DNA from: Paramecium tetraurelia
Taxonomy: Eukaryota
Length of the DNA stretch: 20,000 nt
Direction: 5' to 3'
Assembly: GCA_000165425.1 (NCBI GenBank)
Contig: CT868096.1
Location: 619,129 to 639,128, forward strand
Shown here piece after piece: positions 1 to 12,013 of this stretch (its first letter is position 1; each line of letters begins with the position of its first letter). Under the pieces are notes generated by a model, which was not told where the DNA came from, made no database searches, and saw nothing but the letters and a program-made list of their open reading frames with translations. The position numbers and the translations under genes were made by a program.

Positions 1-761
1 AAGAATCCCTAATTTACACCAATTTACAATTAAGAAATTTTTTAATATTTAATAAGCTAAGAATAGAAATTCTTAGTTAGTCATAATTATATGAATGAAT
101 AACGATAACCAGATTTAAATGGATGAAATTTTCTATATCACATCACAATTAATCGATAGATTTTTGAATATTTAAAAAACAACTAGATGCAATTGTAATT
201 AGTAGGGGTTGCTTCATTATTTTTAGTTTGTAAATATGAAGAAATTTACCCTCCAGATATAAAACACTTTGTTTATATTGCTGATAATGCTTATACAAAA
301 TATGATGTTTTGGATATGGAAGGTCAAATTTTGTAGACTTTAGATTTCTCAATTACTTAACCATCAAGTTATTGTTTACTGTAGAGATTTGGGAGAATTG
401 CTGAATTAGATACAAAAAACTTGTTTCTAGCTCAATACTTATTAGAACTATCAATAATCGATATCAAATTTATGAATTACAAGCCATCATTCTTAACTTG
501 TGCTGCTATTTATCTAGTCCATAAAATAAGGTATCAGATCTATATTTTCATAGAAAGACTCCATAATCTTGGAATGAAGAGATGTAAAATATAACAGGAT
601 ACAATGAATAGGAACTAAGATTTTGTGCAAAGGAAATGTGTTTGATTCTTTAATCATCAGACAAATCAAATCTTTAAGCAGTTTGAAAGAAGTTTGCTTA
701 AACATAATATCTAGAAGTATCAAGAATCAGAGTTGAAAGACAAACTAAATCATAAAAATGA
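1..761 (+). pseudogene. Mitotic (B/A-type) cyclin pseudogene, 5'-truncated by the window
   Basis: Code-6 translation gives YNQEIFQYL..YMNEQRQPDLN, then [60 protein letters not shown] and YKPSFLTCAAIYLVHKIR (cyclin box). Intron at 531-553 (23 nt). Lesions: the MRAIL-containing segment is missing near 120/121 with a frame change and TGA at 124-126; a second frameshift at about 188-189; in-frame TGA at 684-686 (QAV*KKFA). Terminal TGA at 759-761. Confidence 0.85.
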
Positions 762-865
762 ATTTTTAATCCATTCTAGTTAAATTTGTAATTACTTGGG
801 GGGTGATTGTAAGAAAATCTATCTTGTTTTCGCAAAAAAATTAATAGTAAAATAATGGATTATTT

Positions 866-2071
866 TCATTCAAATTGTGAAGTCAGTTGATGAGATATGT
901 TAGTTCTAGCAGCTTACGGATTGGCACTTTTTGTTCTTAGTCTGCAAGCATCAAAAGATCTTCTTGAAGCCAATGTTATGATTCTATCTTTGTTAAATCT
1001 TTCATTAATATCTTATACACAATGCTTATTTATATTAACCCATCTATTCTCATTCGCTTATTTTTGCAAAAGATGAGTGGCTTATTCACTTGCTACTTTT
1101 TACATAAATGCTGATATCTGACATGATTATCTTTTTTTTAAAACTTTTAACTTCCTTTTCACTTTAGATTTTAACTATAAAAATTAAGTTATTATTACAA
1201 TCATCTCTTGCTATTTCTTTTCTAGGTATTCAAGCATATCAGCTTCTTCCTTCACTTTTTCAGCTTAAGAAAATTCCTTTAATTTTAAAAGCTATTTTTG
1301 TTTTGACCTCATATCGAGAACTTTTTTAGAGACTTTAAAAACTTTTGGTTAAAGCTCTTCTTAAAATTATTTGCTCATCTCCTAAATGGTTTTTTTTTGT
1401 TGTTCCTTAAAGCATATATAAATTCTTACTAGAAGCATATTAAATTTATAAAATCTACTATTCTGAAAATCAATAACAAACTCATTCCACTTTTTTTATT
1501 AATGATATTAATGTTCAAAAGCTGTTTTTTAAACCAAAGTTTCTTAATATTTTTGCAATTAGGTAATGTAATTTTTCCATCTCTTTTACTACTTTACCTT
1601 TATTTCCTATATTCTGTTTTCTATTCTATGCATTTCTTTAACATCACCATTCTTACAACAAATTTTATAATAATCTTTAAGCATTGTAATCAAATTATTA
1701 ATGTAAGGATTATTTAAATAATCAACTCTTCTTTTATCTCGTTAACTCCCTTCTATTTAAGCTATCAGCATTTCACTTTAGATTTAATTTAAATTTTATT
1801 CTTGTTATTATTGCATCACTAATTGTCTAAGTTCTTCATAATAATCTATTTCTGTTATTATCATAATAATATCTTCAATTGTAAACTCTTTAGCACCTTT
1901 GAGCAAGAGATTATCAAAGTAAATTTAGTCTAAGGTAATTGGAAATTATTTACATTCCTTATTGCATTCATAAATATTATTTAATATTTTATCAACCTGC
2001 TCTAGTGATATAAATCCAACTTACTATTCATCTTATTAATTGAAGTGCCTCAAAAGTGTTCCTAATTTCAT
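866..2071 (-). CDS. Hypothetical coiled-coil protein with a possible degenerate N-terminal EF-hand-like motif (385 aa spliced, 401 aa unspliced)
   Basis: Open code-6 frame from ATG 2071 (MKLGTLLRHFNQQDEQQVGFISLEQVDKIL) to TGA 868-866. The C-terminal half is K/E/Q-rich (SKKVLDMRSKQKQLLKLKEFSQAEKVKEEADMLE). Likely 24-nt introns at 1406-1429 and 1175-1198; both preserve frame, so they are not proven. Confidence 0.75.
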
Positions 2072-3124
2072 ATTATTAATTATATTTTATATATGAGTCA
2101 GAAAATCAATAACATCATTTTTCAATTTCTCTCAGATGGATACCATTAACCTTTCCCAAGTCTTACTATTTTTCATAGAAAGATTAGAAATAAATTTATA
2201 GTAAGATATATAATTATAAATTTTATATTTGAGTTTTGTGAAATATTGATAGAATTTGCTTGAATGAAAATCCTTGCTCAAAAAGTTTAAAGATTTATTC
2301 AAATAGGCATTGTAATTTATCCTATGATATTCATTCCCATTATTTGATGTATTTACTCAATTAACAGTTATCTTATAATAATTATTAAAATTTAGTGAAT
2401 AGAAATTGTTATTTAAACCAATTTAATCCCCAATTAGAATTTTTATCATATTTTTGTTTAAAGTTAATAAAATATCTCACTCTATCATTTATATAATTAA
2501 TTGAACATTGTGGTAAATAAAGTATAAGATTAAAAGGTTTCTATTTTACTAAATTTAACTTGGAGACTGTAAATCTTGATATATAGTTTATAAATAATTA
2601 CCAAATACTGATTTTTATTTAATCTCAATTATATAATTATATGGGATAACCAAAAAATTTAACTCTAATAGTTAAATTGTTGAGTATTTGTTAATTAAAT
2701 CTTTATTTTCTAAAACCATCCTTAAAATACCATTACCTTTTGAAAATCAAATATACTTAAATTTGAGATTTTAAACTAATGATTGATTTTTTATGAAAAT
2801 AATATTAGATTCATAATGAATTTAACTCATCGCCTTAATTTGAACATCATTTTAATATTCTTGAAACGAGAAAGGGAATTTTTAAGCAAAATAACAATTT
2901 TTGATAATACAATAAGATTTTTTGTGAATGGATTGTAGAAATATAATATATCATTGATACGCATTGATCTAATAGCAAAATAAGTCTTCTAAACTGAAAT
3001 TTAAATGTTCTCCTAAACTTTAGATAAGAAACATTTAGATTTATGATGAGTCTTATAGCATTTTCTTCTTACTAATTTAAGTTTTGAGTAATTTGTTAGT
3101 AAGATAACAAATTAAATAATAAAA

Positions 3125-5155
3125 ATGAAAGCTAAGGCAATAATTGAATTTATCGTTTTTGTGGATTCGCTTAAAACTATTGGGATCTTTTTATTGGATG
3201 AGGGAATGTATCAAATAAGGATTAACTTATATATATAGAGTGTAAGTGATTTTGAGTATTGCAGTCCCAAAATTTGAAGATTCCTCTCACTCCGAAAGAA
3301 ACTTTGCTATTCAAGAGAAATGAATAACAATATTTGCCATAACATATAATTGATAACTATTATATGAGTGATGCTTTCTTATTGAGATAATGGACGGAGG
3401 AAGTAATAAATTATTTAAATTGGAAAGGAAAAATTTGAGATAAAAAATGGATGTAGGTTCAGCGGTGCAATTCCACATAATTTAAAAGAGTAGCCCTGTT
3501 TCATGGAGATTGAATTAATGTATTACGATTTAGCATAAAAAATTGTCTCATTTTAAAGTATATCGATGGCGAAGTTTAAAATTGAAAACTCATCAAATGG
3601 GATATATGAATATGTTCCTGTAATATTAGGGGAAGATCACTTTAGTTTATTAAATCTGATGGTATAATTGAATAACTAATAAATTAGGTTCTTTGTTCAT
3701 TGACTAGTTTTGATATTTAACTATAGTAGGTATAAAGTGAGGATAAGATGGCACTAGATCAACATTAACATATAAACATGAGACAACTATATAACAAAGT
3801 GTTGGAACCTCTTAAAACATCTTATCGAAATATGCAGACATTCTATTATAATATGGAGTTAGAAATGGAAAGAGCAAGCAGCAGTGGAGGTATGCAATAT
3901 CAACTTCGACAAACGAAAAGTTTTTAGGTTTTGCCATTATCTAGCGCGGATTCATTATTAAAAAATGAATAAAATACATAATTGATTAGCAAAGTTATGG
4001 CCAATGAATTCAAAGTGCTATAAAGTACAATAAACTAATTGTGGCATAAAATAATTATTGGATTAAAATTAGGCCATTAAAAATTACTCAGGTAACTGAA
4101 GAAGGAGTCATTAACAAATTTCTAAAGTCGATACTCTGCATTTACACAGAAAGAAGTAATTCCTGTTGTAGATCATCAATATACTATGATTCCTTAATAA
4201 CAGAAATAAAGTCAAGAGTAGGCAGATTTATAGAGTAAAAGATTGGAGTATCAGAAATTGTTACTACAAGGTCCATCGAAAATAGTTGATTTAAAAATAA
4301 TAGATGAAATCAAGGATAAGTTAATGATAGTTGAAAAACATTATGTTACAAGATAAACATTTTAATTATCAAGATCAAAATTGCATCTAATTGTTTTGGT
4401 TCATGGTTATTAAGGCCATTCTTATGATATGAGATTATTGGAGAACTATATGTGTTTAAGGTTTCCTTAGCATATGTTATTGGTTTCATTGTGCAATCAG
4501 TAAAACACAGAAGGAGATATATTACAAATGGGTAAATATCTTAGTGACGAAATTAAAAACTATATTGCAACATGGTCTTATACCGATAAATTAGTTATCT
4601 CATTTATCGGACATTCGTTAGGAGGATTAATTATAAGAGCAGCATTACCATATTTGGATTTTGAGTTTCATACTTTCTTAACATTAGGAACACCACATTT
4701 GGGTAATGTTACTAATTAAAGACCTTTAATAAAATTTGGAATGTGGTTTTTTTAGAAACTAAAGAAATCTCTAAGTTTATCTCAATTAAATTGTTATGAT
4801 GATACATTGTTAAAACTATCCTTATTTCCTGGAATGAATAAATTTAAACATATTATTTTATTTGGATCTCAATAAGATCATTATGTGAATAGTGAAAGCA
4901 GTTTATTAATGAAAGTCTCAGGAATTGAGAATGAATTAAAGCATAATGAAATGGCAACTAATATCTTAAGACAATTGCATCAAAATGAAGTCTTAAGAAT
5001 TAGCATTGATTATAAGTTCTATGATGGGTATAAGTCTTAATATTATTCATAGAGATTTTGATACTTTTTTAGGGAGGAAAGCACATATAGCCATCTTGGA
5101 ATCACATTTTCTAAATTAATACATAATATATAACTTAGGAGACTATTTCAAATGA
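3125..5155 (+). CDS. FAM135-like / DUF676 putative serine esterase (alpha/beta hydrolase), about 643 aa
   Basis: Motifs HLIVLVHGYQGHSYDMRLL, ISFIGHSLGGLIIRAAL (GxSxG nucleophile elbow), FLTLGTPHLG, GSQQDHYV and GRKAHIAILES. Four introns (3242-3264, 3403-3427, 3662-3687, 5028-5052) restore one frame from ATG 3125 to TGA 5153-5155. Confidence 0.9.
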
Positions 5156-5242
5156 AAAGTTATGATATATATTAATTCATAAATGATATTTTTCTTCGTT
5201 TTAAAAGATGTTTTTATTATATTAATTATAATTCAATAATAC

Positions 5243-6395
5243 ATGCTGGCTTTACTATTAGTGCAGATAGGAAGTTCAATGCCAATATATGGAAACTTCT
5301 CTTAATACTATTATTATGTAGAATTGAATAATAAAAAATGGATTTTAGATTAGGCTTTTGATGGTGCTATAGAAGATACTGAATGTCTAGGTAGCAACAA
5401 TTCAAAATCCTAATTTTTCTTTGCTTAAAGATTTATATAGATTCGTTCTCTTCCTTTAAGTAAAAATATGATAAGAGAAGCTGATAGTGCAAATTACATT
5501 TGTTAAGATACTTGTAAAATGTAGATAGGTGATTTTACAATCAATAATTACTGTGGATAATTCTACAGTTAACATTAGGAAATTAATAATTATTTAGGTC
5601 TTGGTTAAATAGTACAAAATCCTAAAAGCGATTAGCAACTTAAATTATGTTTGGCTTAAAATGGAGGTTATATGAAAATTGGTAATTTTGAGAATGATGA
5701 GCATCACATTTAAATTGATTATGTCTAACTAAATTGTTTTATGGAATCTAATTGTTAAAAGAATAGATTGTAATTCATCGGTTTAGAAATAAAATAATTT
5801 TTCTTATATCCCTTGAGTAAAATTGAAGTAGTAGCGGATTTCTCAAATACATATGTTGAGCTTCCTTCTTATATGTATATGCCTTTAATATAGCACATAT
5901 AATGTTAAGGAGTTTTCTGTCCTAGAAGAAATGATTCAGAAGGACTGATATGCTATGATAATGACTATGATGATGTAGATAAATTTTATCAGAAGTTTCC
6001 CAATATTCGCTTTTATTTTTATGTAAACTCAAAATTTGTTTGGTTTCCATAAGATTATTTAGTTACACATGATAATAAGACTTATTGTTTTCCTGTAAGA
6101 GGAGGAAGTAACTTTATATTTATTTGAAATAGCATCCAAAATTATTCTGGGTTAACCATTTATGAGAAATAAAGAGTTTATTTTTGGAAAGGATAAATTA
6201 ATTATCAATTACCAAAATTGCTCCGAAGAAACTAGCCTTGATGCTCCAACAATATCATTGTATATAGAAAAGGAAATCTCAAAATTTTACACAGGGATAT
6301 CATTGCTCATATCCACATTCATCATTTATTACATCCTATTTAAGTTTAAATAGAGGAAAACAAATTAATAATTGATTAATCCACACATTCAATGA
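5243..6395 (+). CDS. Pepsin-family (A1) aspartic protease homologue with degenerate catalytic motifs, signal peptide and C-terminal TM helix, about 375 aa
   Basis: MLALLLVQIGSSMPIYGNFSQYYYYVEL..WILDQAF; YLGLG; LCLAQNGGYMKIG; VVADFSNTYVELP; FPNIRFYF..WFPQDYL..YCFPV; IILGQPFMRNKEFIF; hydrophobic GISLLISTFIIYYILF. One frame-restoring intron at 6108-6132. An in-frame upstream ATG at 5183 is an alternative start. Confidence 0.85.
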
Positions 6396-7625
6396 TTATT
6401 TTATTATTTTCTATTGTAAGTTCTTAATTAATATTTGATCTCAAAAGAGATGTTTATAAGTCAGAGTATTTCATAGAATTAGATATCGGTACTCCATCAA
6501 AGAAAACTAACTTTGTTGCTGACACTGGCGCTCCGATAACTTCATTTATATGCAATTCTGTAAGAATCCTAAATTAAACATAGAATTCAAATACTTTGCA
6601 TATGTGCAATTAGGATCAGAACTCAGATTGCTTGTCTTAATTTGTCACTTATGATGGAGAATTGTCTAGTGCAATTTCAGCATATGATCTAATGAAGATT
6701 CAAAAAAACAATATAATATTAAACTTTGAATGCATTTCACAAGATTCAACCTAAATATTAGGATTGGGAAGTTAAAGCAATTTTATTAACGCCTTATATA
6801 AAGAATTTTAATTTTAAAGCGAACATTAGATATTTTCAATATTATTAACAAATGAAAATGGCAAATTAACTGTCGGTCAAGATTATCCAAATTATAATGA
6901 TAGTAGTATTCCTTTTTCTTATTAGTCCTACTATTTTTAAGTAGACTTAGTAACTGTCTCAGTAAATTTATTAATAATTTAAGGATGATAATAATAATAT
7001 AGTTTTTTAACCAAATCAACTTGAGGACTATGAGATTATTGTAGATACAGGAAGCACATTAATTAATATGGATTCTGAAACTTTCTAATCTTTTATAAAA
7101 TCATTTTCTAAATGCGAAAAAGATCCTAGAGGATGTCCCTAAAAAAAGGAGATATATGGATATTAATGTTATTTGTATAATAGGCCTCATTATGGTGACA
7201 TCTCTAATTTTTATGAAACTTTTCCTGAGTTTAGTTTCAACTTTAAAAATGGCTATAAGTATAAATTGAGTGCAAAAGATTATTTGATTAATTTATAGGA
7301 TAATTATTATTGTGTGCCTTTTGAAGGTTTTGCAAGAAATTATGAAACTAAATTCAAAAAAATCATTCTTTTAGGACAACCTTTTATGAGAAATAAAGAA
7401 TTTTATTTTGATTTGAAAGAATATAAAATTTTCATTAAAGATCCAGAAACATCATAAAATTTTTTGCATTATACGAATTTAACAGATTTGGGTTTGAATA
7501 CTTATATTTTTGTGGAACTTGCCTTAATGATTGGGATTTGCTTCTTTTACAGAAAATATTCAGCCCAAATAAGAGGAATGTTTAGATCCAGCAGACCAAA
7601 CTAAGGGGTTAATCCTTATGCTTGA
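6392..7625 (+). CDS. Pepsin-family (A1) aspartic protease with two intact DTG motifs, signal peptide and C-terminal TM helix, about 395 aa
   Basis: MIILLFSIVSS signal; YFIELDIGTPSKKTNFVADTGAP (DTG at 6521-6529); ILGLG; IIVDTGSTLINM (DTG at 7044-7052); ILLGQPFMRNKEFYFD; TM YIFVELALMIGICFFY. Introns at 6560-6583 (24 nt, frame-neutral) and 6962-6983 (22 nt). TGA at 7623-7625. Confidence 0.92.
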
Positions 7626-8222
7626 TTTAAATTAATATATTACATTTATGTTCACATAATAAAATAAATAGCTAACCTTCACAACTTCATTCAAAACTCC
7701 TCTAATATTGATTCGATCAAATCTTGGGAAAATTTCAAAAAATGAAAACAAATCATTCAATTAAGTACAAATATGATGTGTTATCTTGATTTTTAATATT
7801 AATAAAATTTAATTAAAACAATATAGTAAGTTGTCCTTTAACTTATGTGTAAGCAGATACATATTTTGGATAAAATGATCTACTATCTAAGGATAGAATT
7901 AAATTGACATGAAAATCAAGGAATTTAATTTAAGGAAGAGTTAGATAACTAGTTTCATAATATATTAAAGAATTTCTATTCGCTTAGAAAATATGATTTA
8001 TGGAAATGATTATTCGAGATAGTAATCTTACTAAATAAAAAATTCATCTCAGTTGCATTTAAGGAAAAAAAATATTATACATCTATTCTACATCTTAATA
8101 AGTTAGAAACTTTCGGACATCAATTCAAGAAGACTTGTTCAATTAAATTGAAGAATTTATTTGTGTATTTCATCTGTAATAAATTTAATAATTAATTATT
8201 TATTGAATTATTTTATTAATAA

Positions 8223-9168
8223 TCATTTTAAAATGCTTCTTTCGCTTGTACATGCCAACTGATGTTCTAAGAAATAACATGGGAATATTATGTCACCATC
8301 ATAATACAATTAGGATAAAAAGTATAGGTTTCCATTCTTACCTAGATGTTTTCTGAATTCTACCAATTAAATATTTAACAATGTAAAGGAATAAATAAAA
8401 AACAATATTAAAATCCTTTAAAATTAAATTAAAATCTACCAAATAATTGCTGTCATCATATCCTAGATATTCAAATATAAACCCACGAATAATATTTCAA
8501 ATAAAAGCACAAATGATATTCTAGTAAATAAATTAATTTGAAAGTAAGTACCTCCATGGTTAATCAGAAACAAGGAAGCAGTTTTTAATTCCATCCTCCT
8601 TATCAAAATGGGAACAAATTAAAATAATTATTAAATTGATGAAGATTACGGCAATAAAAACACCCAAATTCAATTCTGGATATAAAATAACTGCATATAC
8701 AAACCAGAATAATCTAACAATAGTATTTACTCCCTATTTATTAAATTATTAGATTACAAACAAAAATACGTTTTTAGGTGACTTTAAGGATTATGAATTA
8801 CTAAATTATGCTAATGCCAATGATAAGATGTAAAGCATCAAAAGCACAACCCAAATAATAAATGGTATTTGCAAGATCTATTCGCTTAAATTAAAATGAG
8901 TTAATAATCCAATAACTAGTAATGCAACACCAAAATGAATCGACAATACTAATATATATTTGAATTGATTTTCCTAAATCTAGTTTTTGCTATTCCTCAA
9001 TACTAGGTCCTCTGTTACTAATCGGTTCTGTGATTGATATGACTTACTATGTAGTATTGTTTATAGCTGATTTTCTAACAAATATATCCAATATTCCCTC
9101 CATTAATGGCTTTTTGTCCTAATTTATTAGTTATTCTCACTTACTTCCACTTAATCTCGTTATTACAT
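8223..9168 (-). CDS. Multi-pass membrane protein, possibly a divergent Bax inhibitor-1/TMBIM family member, about 288 aa
   Basis: ATG 9168 to TGA 8225-8223 with introns at 8734-8757, 8521-8551 and 8416-8439. Six or seven hydrophobic segments follow a polar N-terminus. PKNVFLFGVNT and YFLSQLYYDGDIIF loosely resemble TMBIM motifs, so the family call is tentative. Confidence 0.7.
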
Positions 9169-9272
9169 TTATATAATTTAATAACAATTAATAATTAAAC
9201 GAATTTATGTATTTGATAATGATTAATCAATTTTATTATCTAAGTATTAAATTAATGGTTAATACGATGTGA

Positions 9273-9882
9273 TCATCCTAAGTAACAGTCTTCTTAGGAA
9301 AGAGATCTTATAATTTTGTACATAAGAAATCTTTAATTGGGGATTGTACTTAGTTGATATTTTATCTAGCTTATTTCATCTAAATTCTATTAAATTGTTA
9401 CATTTTAAAAAAATTAGTTTAATTTTTCCTTATTAAGCTCTGATTGTTAAAAATTTTAATCTGGTGACTTATCTTTTTCCTTGTTAGTTTAAATTAGTAG
9501 ATTATAATTTTTAATCTATTTGTTTAACTTAAGATTAGCTCTAACACTTGAGATTAACTATAATCATTTAATTCTTATATACTTAATAAACGTATGAATC
9601 CTTAAAATATTTCAGATTGCTTAATTATGAGGTTAATTAGTCTGAATTTTGGAAATTTGAATCAACTACTACTTAAACATTTATCTCAGGTCTATTTAGA
9701 TATTCTGATTAGTTAGGGACTGGTATTTCTCTTGAATTGGATGTATTAGGATTGATTTAAGCAGAATTGACTTAGGAAGATCGATTTTCTCCAATATAGT
9801 ACCCCCCAGAATTCATCTAATCATAAAAATTGACACTCTTTTCACTGTTTTAACTCTTTTCAGTCGTTTCACTTTAATTCAT
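9273..9882 (-). CDS. Hypothetical low-complexity N/Q/S-rich protein, about 194 aa
   Basis: ATG 9882 (MNQSETTEKSQNSEKSVNFYDQMNSGGYYIGE); a 25-nt frame-restoring intron (GTATATAAG..TTATAG, about 9558-9582); TGA at 9275-9273. Confidence 0.7.
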
Positions 9883-10050
9883 AATAAATATATATATTAT
9901 ATTATTCTTTATAAATTAACACTATTTATAATCCATGAATTGTCAGCATTAAACAAAGTAAGATATTTCATTAGTTAAATGAAAGAAGTATAAAGGCCAT
10001 AATACTAATGTAAAAGTTATCATTATATGTAAGATATATAATAAGTCATA

Positions 10051-11250
10051 TCAATTTATTAAATTGCTTTTACCAAATGATACTAATTTCTATTAATTCA
10101 AAGATGGGGATTTCTTGAGAGATGAATTATTGTTTAAATTTATCTAAGTATATATGGATTTTGTATCTGACTCGGTATCGGATTTGTTAATGGATTATAG
10201 ATATTCGATTAAGAAACCTCGGTATTCATGATTCTATTACTTAGAATCTAAGATTAAACCGACAATTAATCATTTTACCAATATACTAAAATAGTTAGTT
10301 ATGTGTTTTATTAGTATTAAATTTCTCTCCTCCTTAATCTTCAATGCTTTGTTACTCTTCATATTATATAGAAGCTTGCAGCGTTTCTAATTCCTTTATT
10401 CTTTTATATTATCATCCAATTTCTTTTTTTCATTTTTTCTTAAATCTAGTTGGCCAATTCATTTTAGTCATTTCCTTCTACTTTTGCTAAAGCTATCTTT
10501 TTGTTATGTATTCATAATCTTTTTGTTTTACCTTTCCTTTAGTTACTAATCAAAAATATAATCAAGCTATAGCTTTGGATTATCAACCTTTTATCGATAG
10601 ATATCTTACAAAGCATTTTATCTTTCTGACAATCTCTGATAAAACTATTTAATATTGTAAAATTAAGGTACATTTCTGTATGAATCCTCTTATTTTAAAT
10701 TCTTTTGCGATCCATTTTAAGTTTATTCCTTATATATTAATTATTGGAACTCTTTTGTCTTTTTTCTCTTTTCTTTTATTTGTTGCCATGCTTTCATTTA
10801 TTATTCAACAATTAATTTATACATTTCTCTTTCTCTTTTCTAATCTGCCCTTCCATAGATAATCAATTTATTGCATTGTTGATAATATCGTTCTCTATCT
10901 TTAATGTTTCTTGTTCTAATTTAATAACATAAGATTTTACTTTTTCATCAATTAATAGTTCTAATGATTCAAAATGAGATAATTCTGATTTCTCAGATTT
11001 TATTTTGTTGCTTCTCTATTCTATATTTATAGAGATTTTTCTTCTCGTTACTTTTTACAAATTAATTATCTATTCTTCATCTTCTTTTTATTTTTATAGC
11101 TGTAACTCCTTTTTTCTTTATTCTAATAAAAATTGCTATTGAATTAATTTTTATTTCTTATTTCATCATTCTTGTCTACTTTTCCTCTTCTCTCAATTTT
11201 CTATTAGTGTCTATTCTTTTTCCGTCATAATTTTATTTTGATAAAATCAT
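10051..11250 (-). pseudogene. Frameshifted coiled-coil protein gene remnant
   Basis: Coding-like fragments fall in different frames: RKLREEEKQTRMMK, QFLLEQRKKELQLQKQKEDEEQ, FYQRLSERQNALQDIYRQKVDNPK and IYNPLTNPIPSQIQNPYILRQ. An intron-like segment at 11136-11160 has no GT donor. Several in-frame TGAs and frameshifts are not resolved by GT..AG introns. Confidence 0.65.
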
Positions 11251-12013
11251 AAATTAAAATATGATTTTCAAATATACCAAGAAATATAAATAAATTTTGA
11301 TGATCTCTTCCTAAGAATAAGATTATTTCAACCAAATACCACTCTTTTTATTTTATTATTTTAATAGAGTTATGGAAAATTAAAGAAGTATGAAATAGTT
11401 ATTATATATATAGAGCAAAATAAATTAAGATAAAAACCTAAATAATCAATTAGTAATTATTTTTAATCAGACATTTTTTGTTTAAGATCTCTTGGTCTTT
11501 AATTATTAAATTTATGTTATTCATAAGAAATTATGGATAATACTTTTTATTTATACTTAAATATTCTTTGATTTATTATTTTTAACTTTTTGTTTTCGAT
11601 TCATAATCATTTAAGAGTCCGAAAAGAATTATTAGTTTTAATTGTTTAAGCAAAATTATAAATTTAGATATTTATTAAGCTTATTCAAACTTAATAAAGA
11701 GAGTTAGAATAAATCATATTTTACATATTTCTACTCATTAATAAGAGTATGCTTTCTGAATTTTGGCACTCAAATGGGCCTTCAATATAATATATCTTTT
11801 CAGGAATCAATTTTTAGTCTGAATGCTAAAATATAAGTTCCTTAAGTAAGATTACAAATTGGCTGAGGTTATCTTTGAGTCTATGATTAATTGATAAGAA
11901 AATTAGGATGAGATAGTAGGTTTAAATATGTATCAAAAATGAATGAGGAATATTTTCAAAAAGATGTGACATTAATATAATTTTGTTTTTAATATATTTT
12001 ATTTGATATTGCT

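Noticed and set aside
684..686. In-frame TGA as selenocysteine or programmed read-through
   Set aside because: It falls where a basic residue is expected (AVRKKF-like), in a gene already broken by a deletion and frameshifts.
796..806. G-run resembling a telomeric repeat (TTGGGG)
   Set aside because: A single non-tandem occurrence inside an intergenic region.
2072..3124. About 1 kb region between divergent genes with short coding-like stretches
   Set aside because: The frames examined (mainly 2090-2400) are interrupted by TGA and show no recognisable motif. A decayed gene is possible but not supportable.
3889..3927. GT..AG segment in the FAM135-like gene that looks like an intron
   Set aside because: The frame reads straight through it, it is longer than typical introns here, and removing it would break the frame.
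7626..8222. About 600 bp between convergent genes, possibly a gene remnant
   Set aside because: No convincing ATG-to-TGA model or motif was found by eye.
8223..8330. Cys/His residues at the end of the minus-strand membrane protein gene, suggesting a RING finger
   Set aside because: The correct frame gives FPCYFLEHQLACTSE, with no RING spacing.
11251..12013. Short ORF-like stretch (MLSEFWHSNGPSIQY.., about 11748-11886)
   Set aside because: Short, with no motif or intron support; expected by chance when TGA is the only stop.
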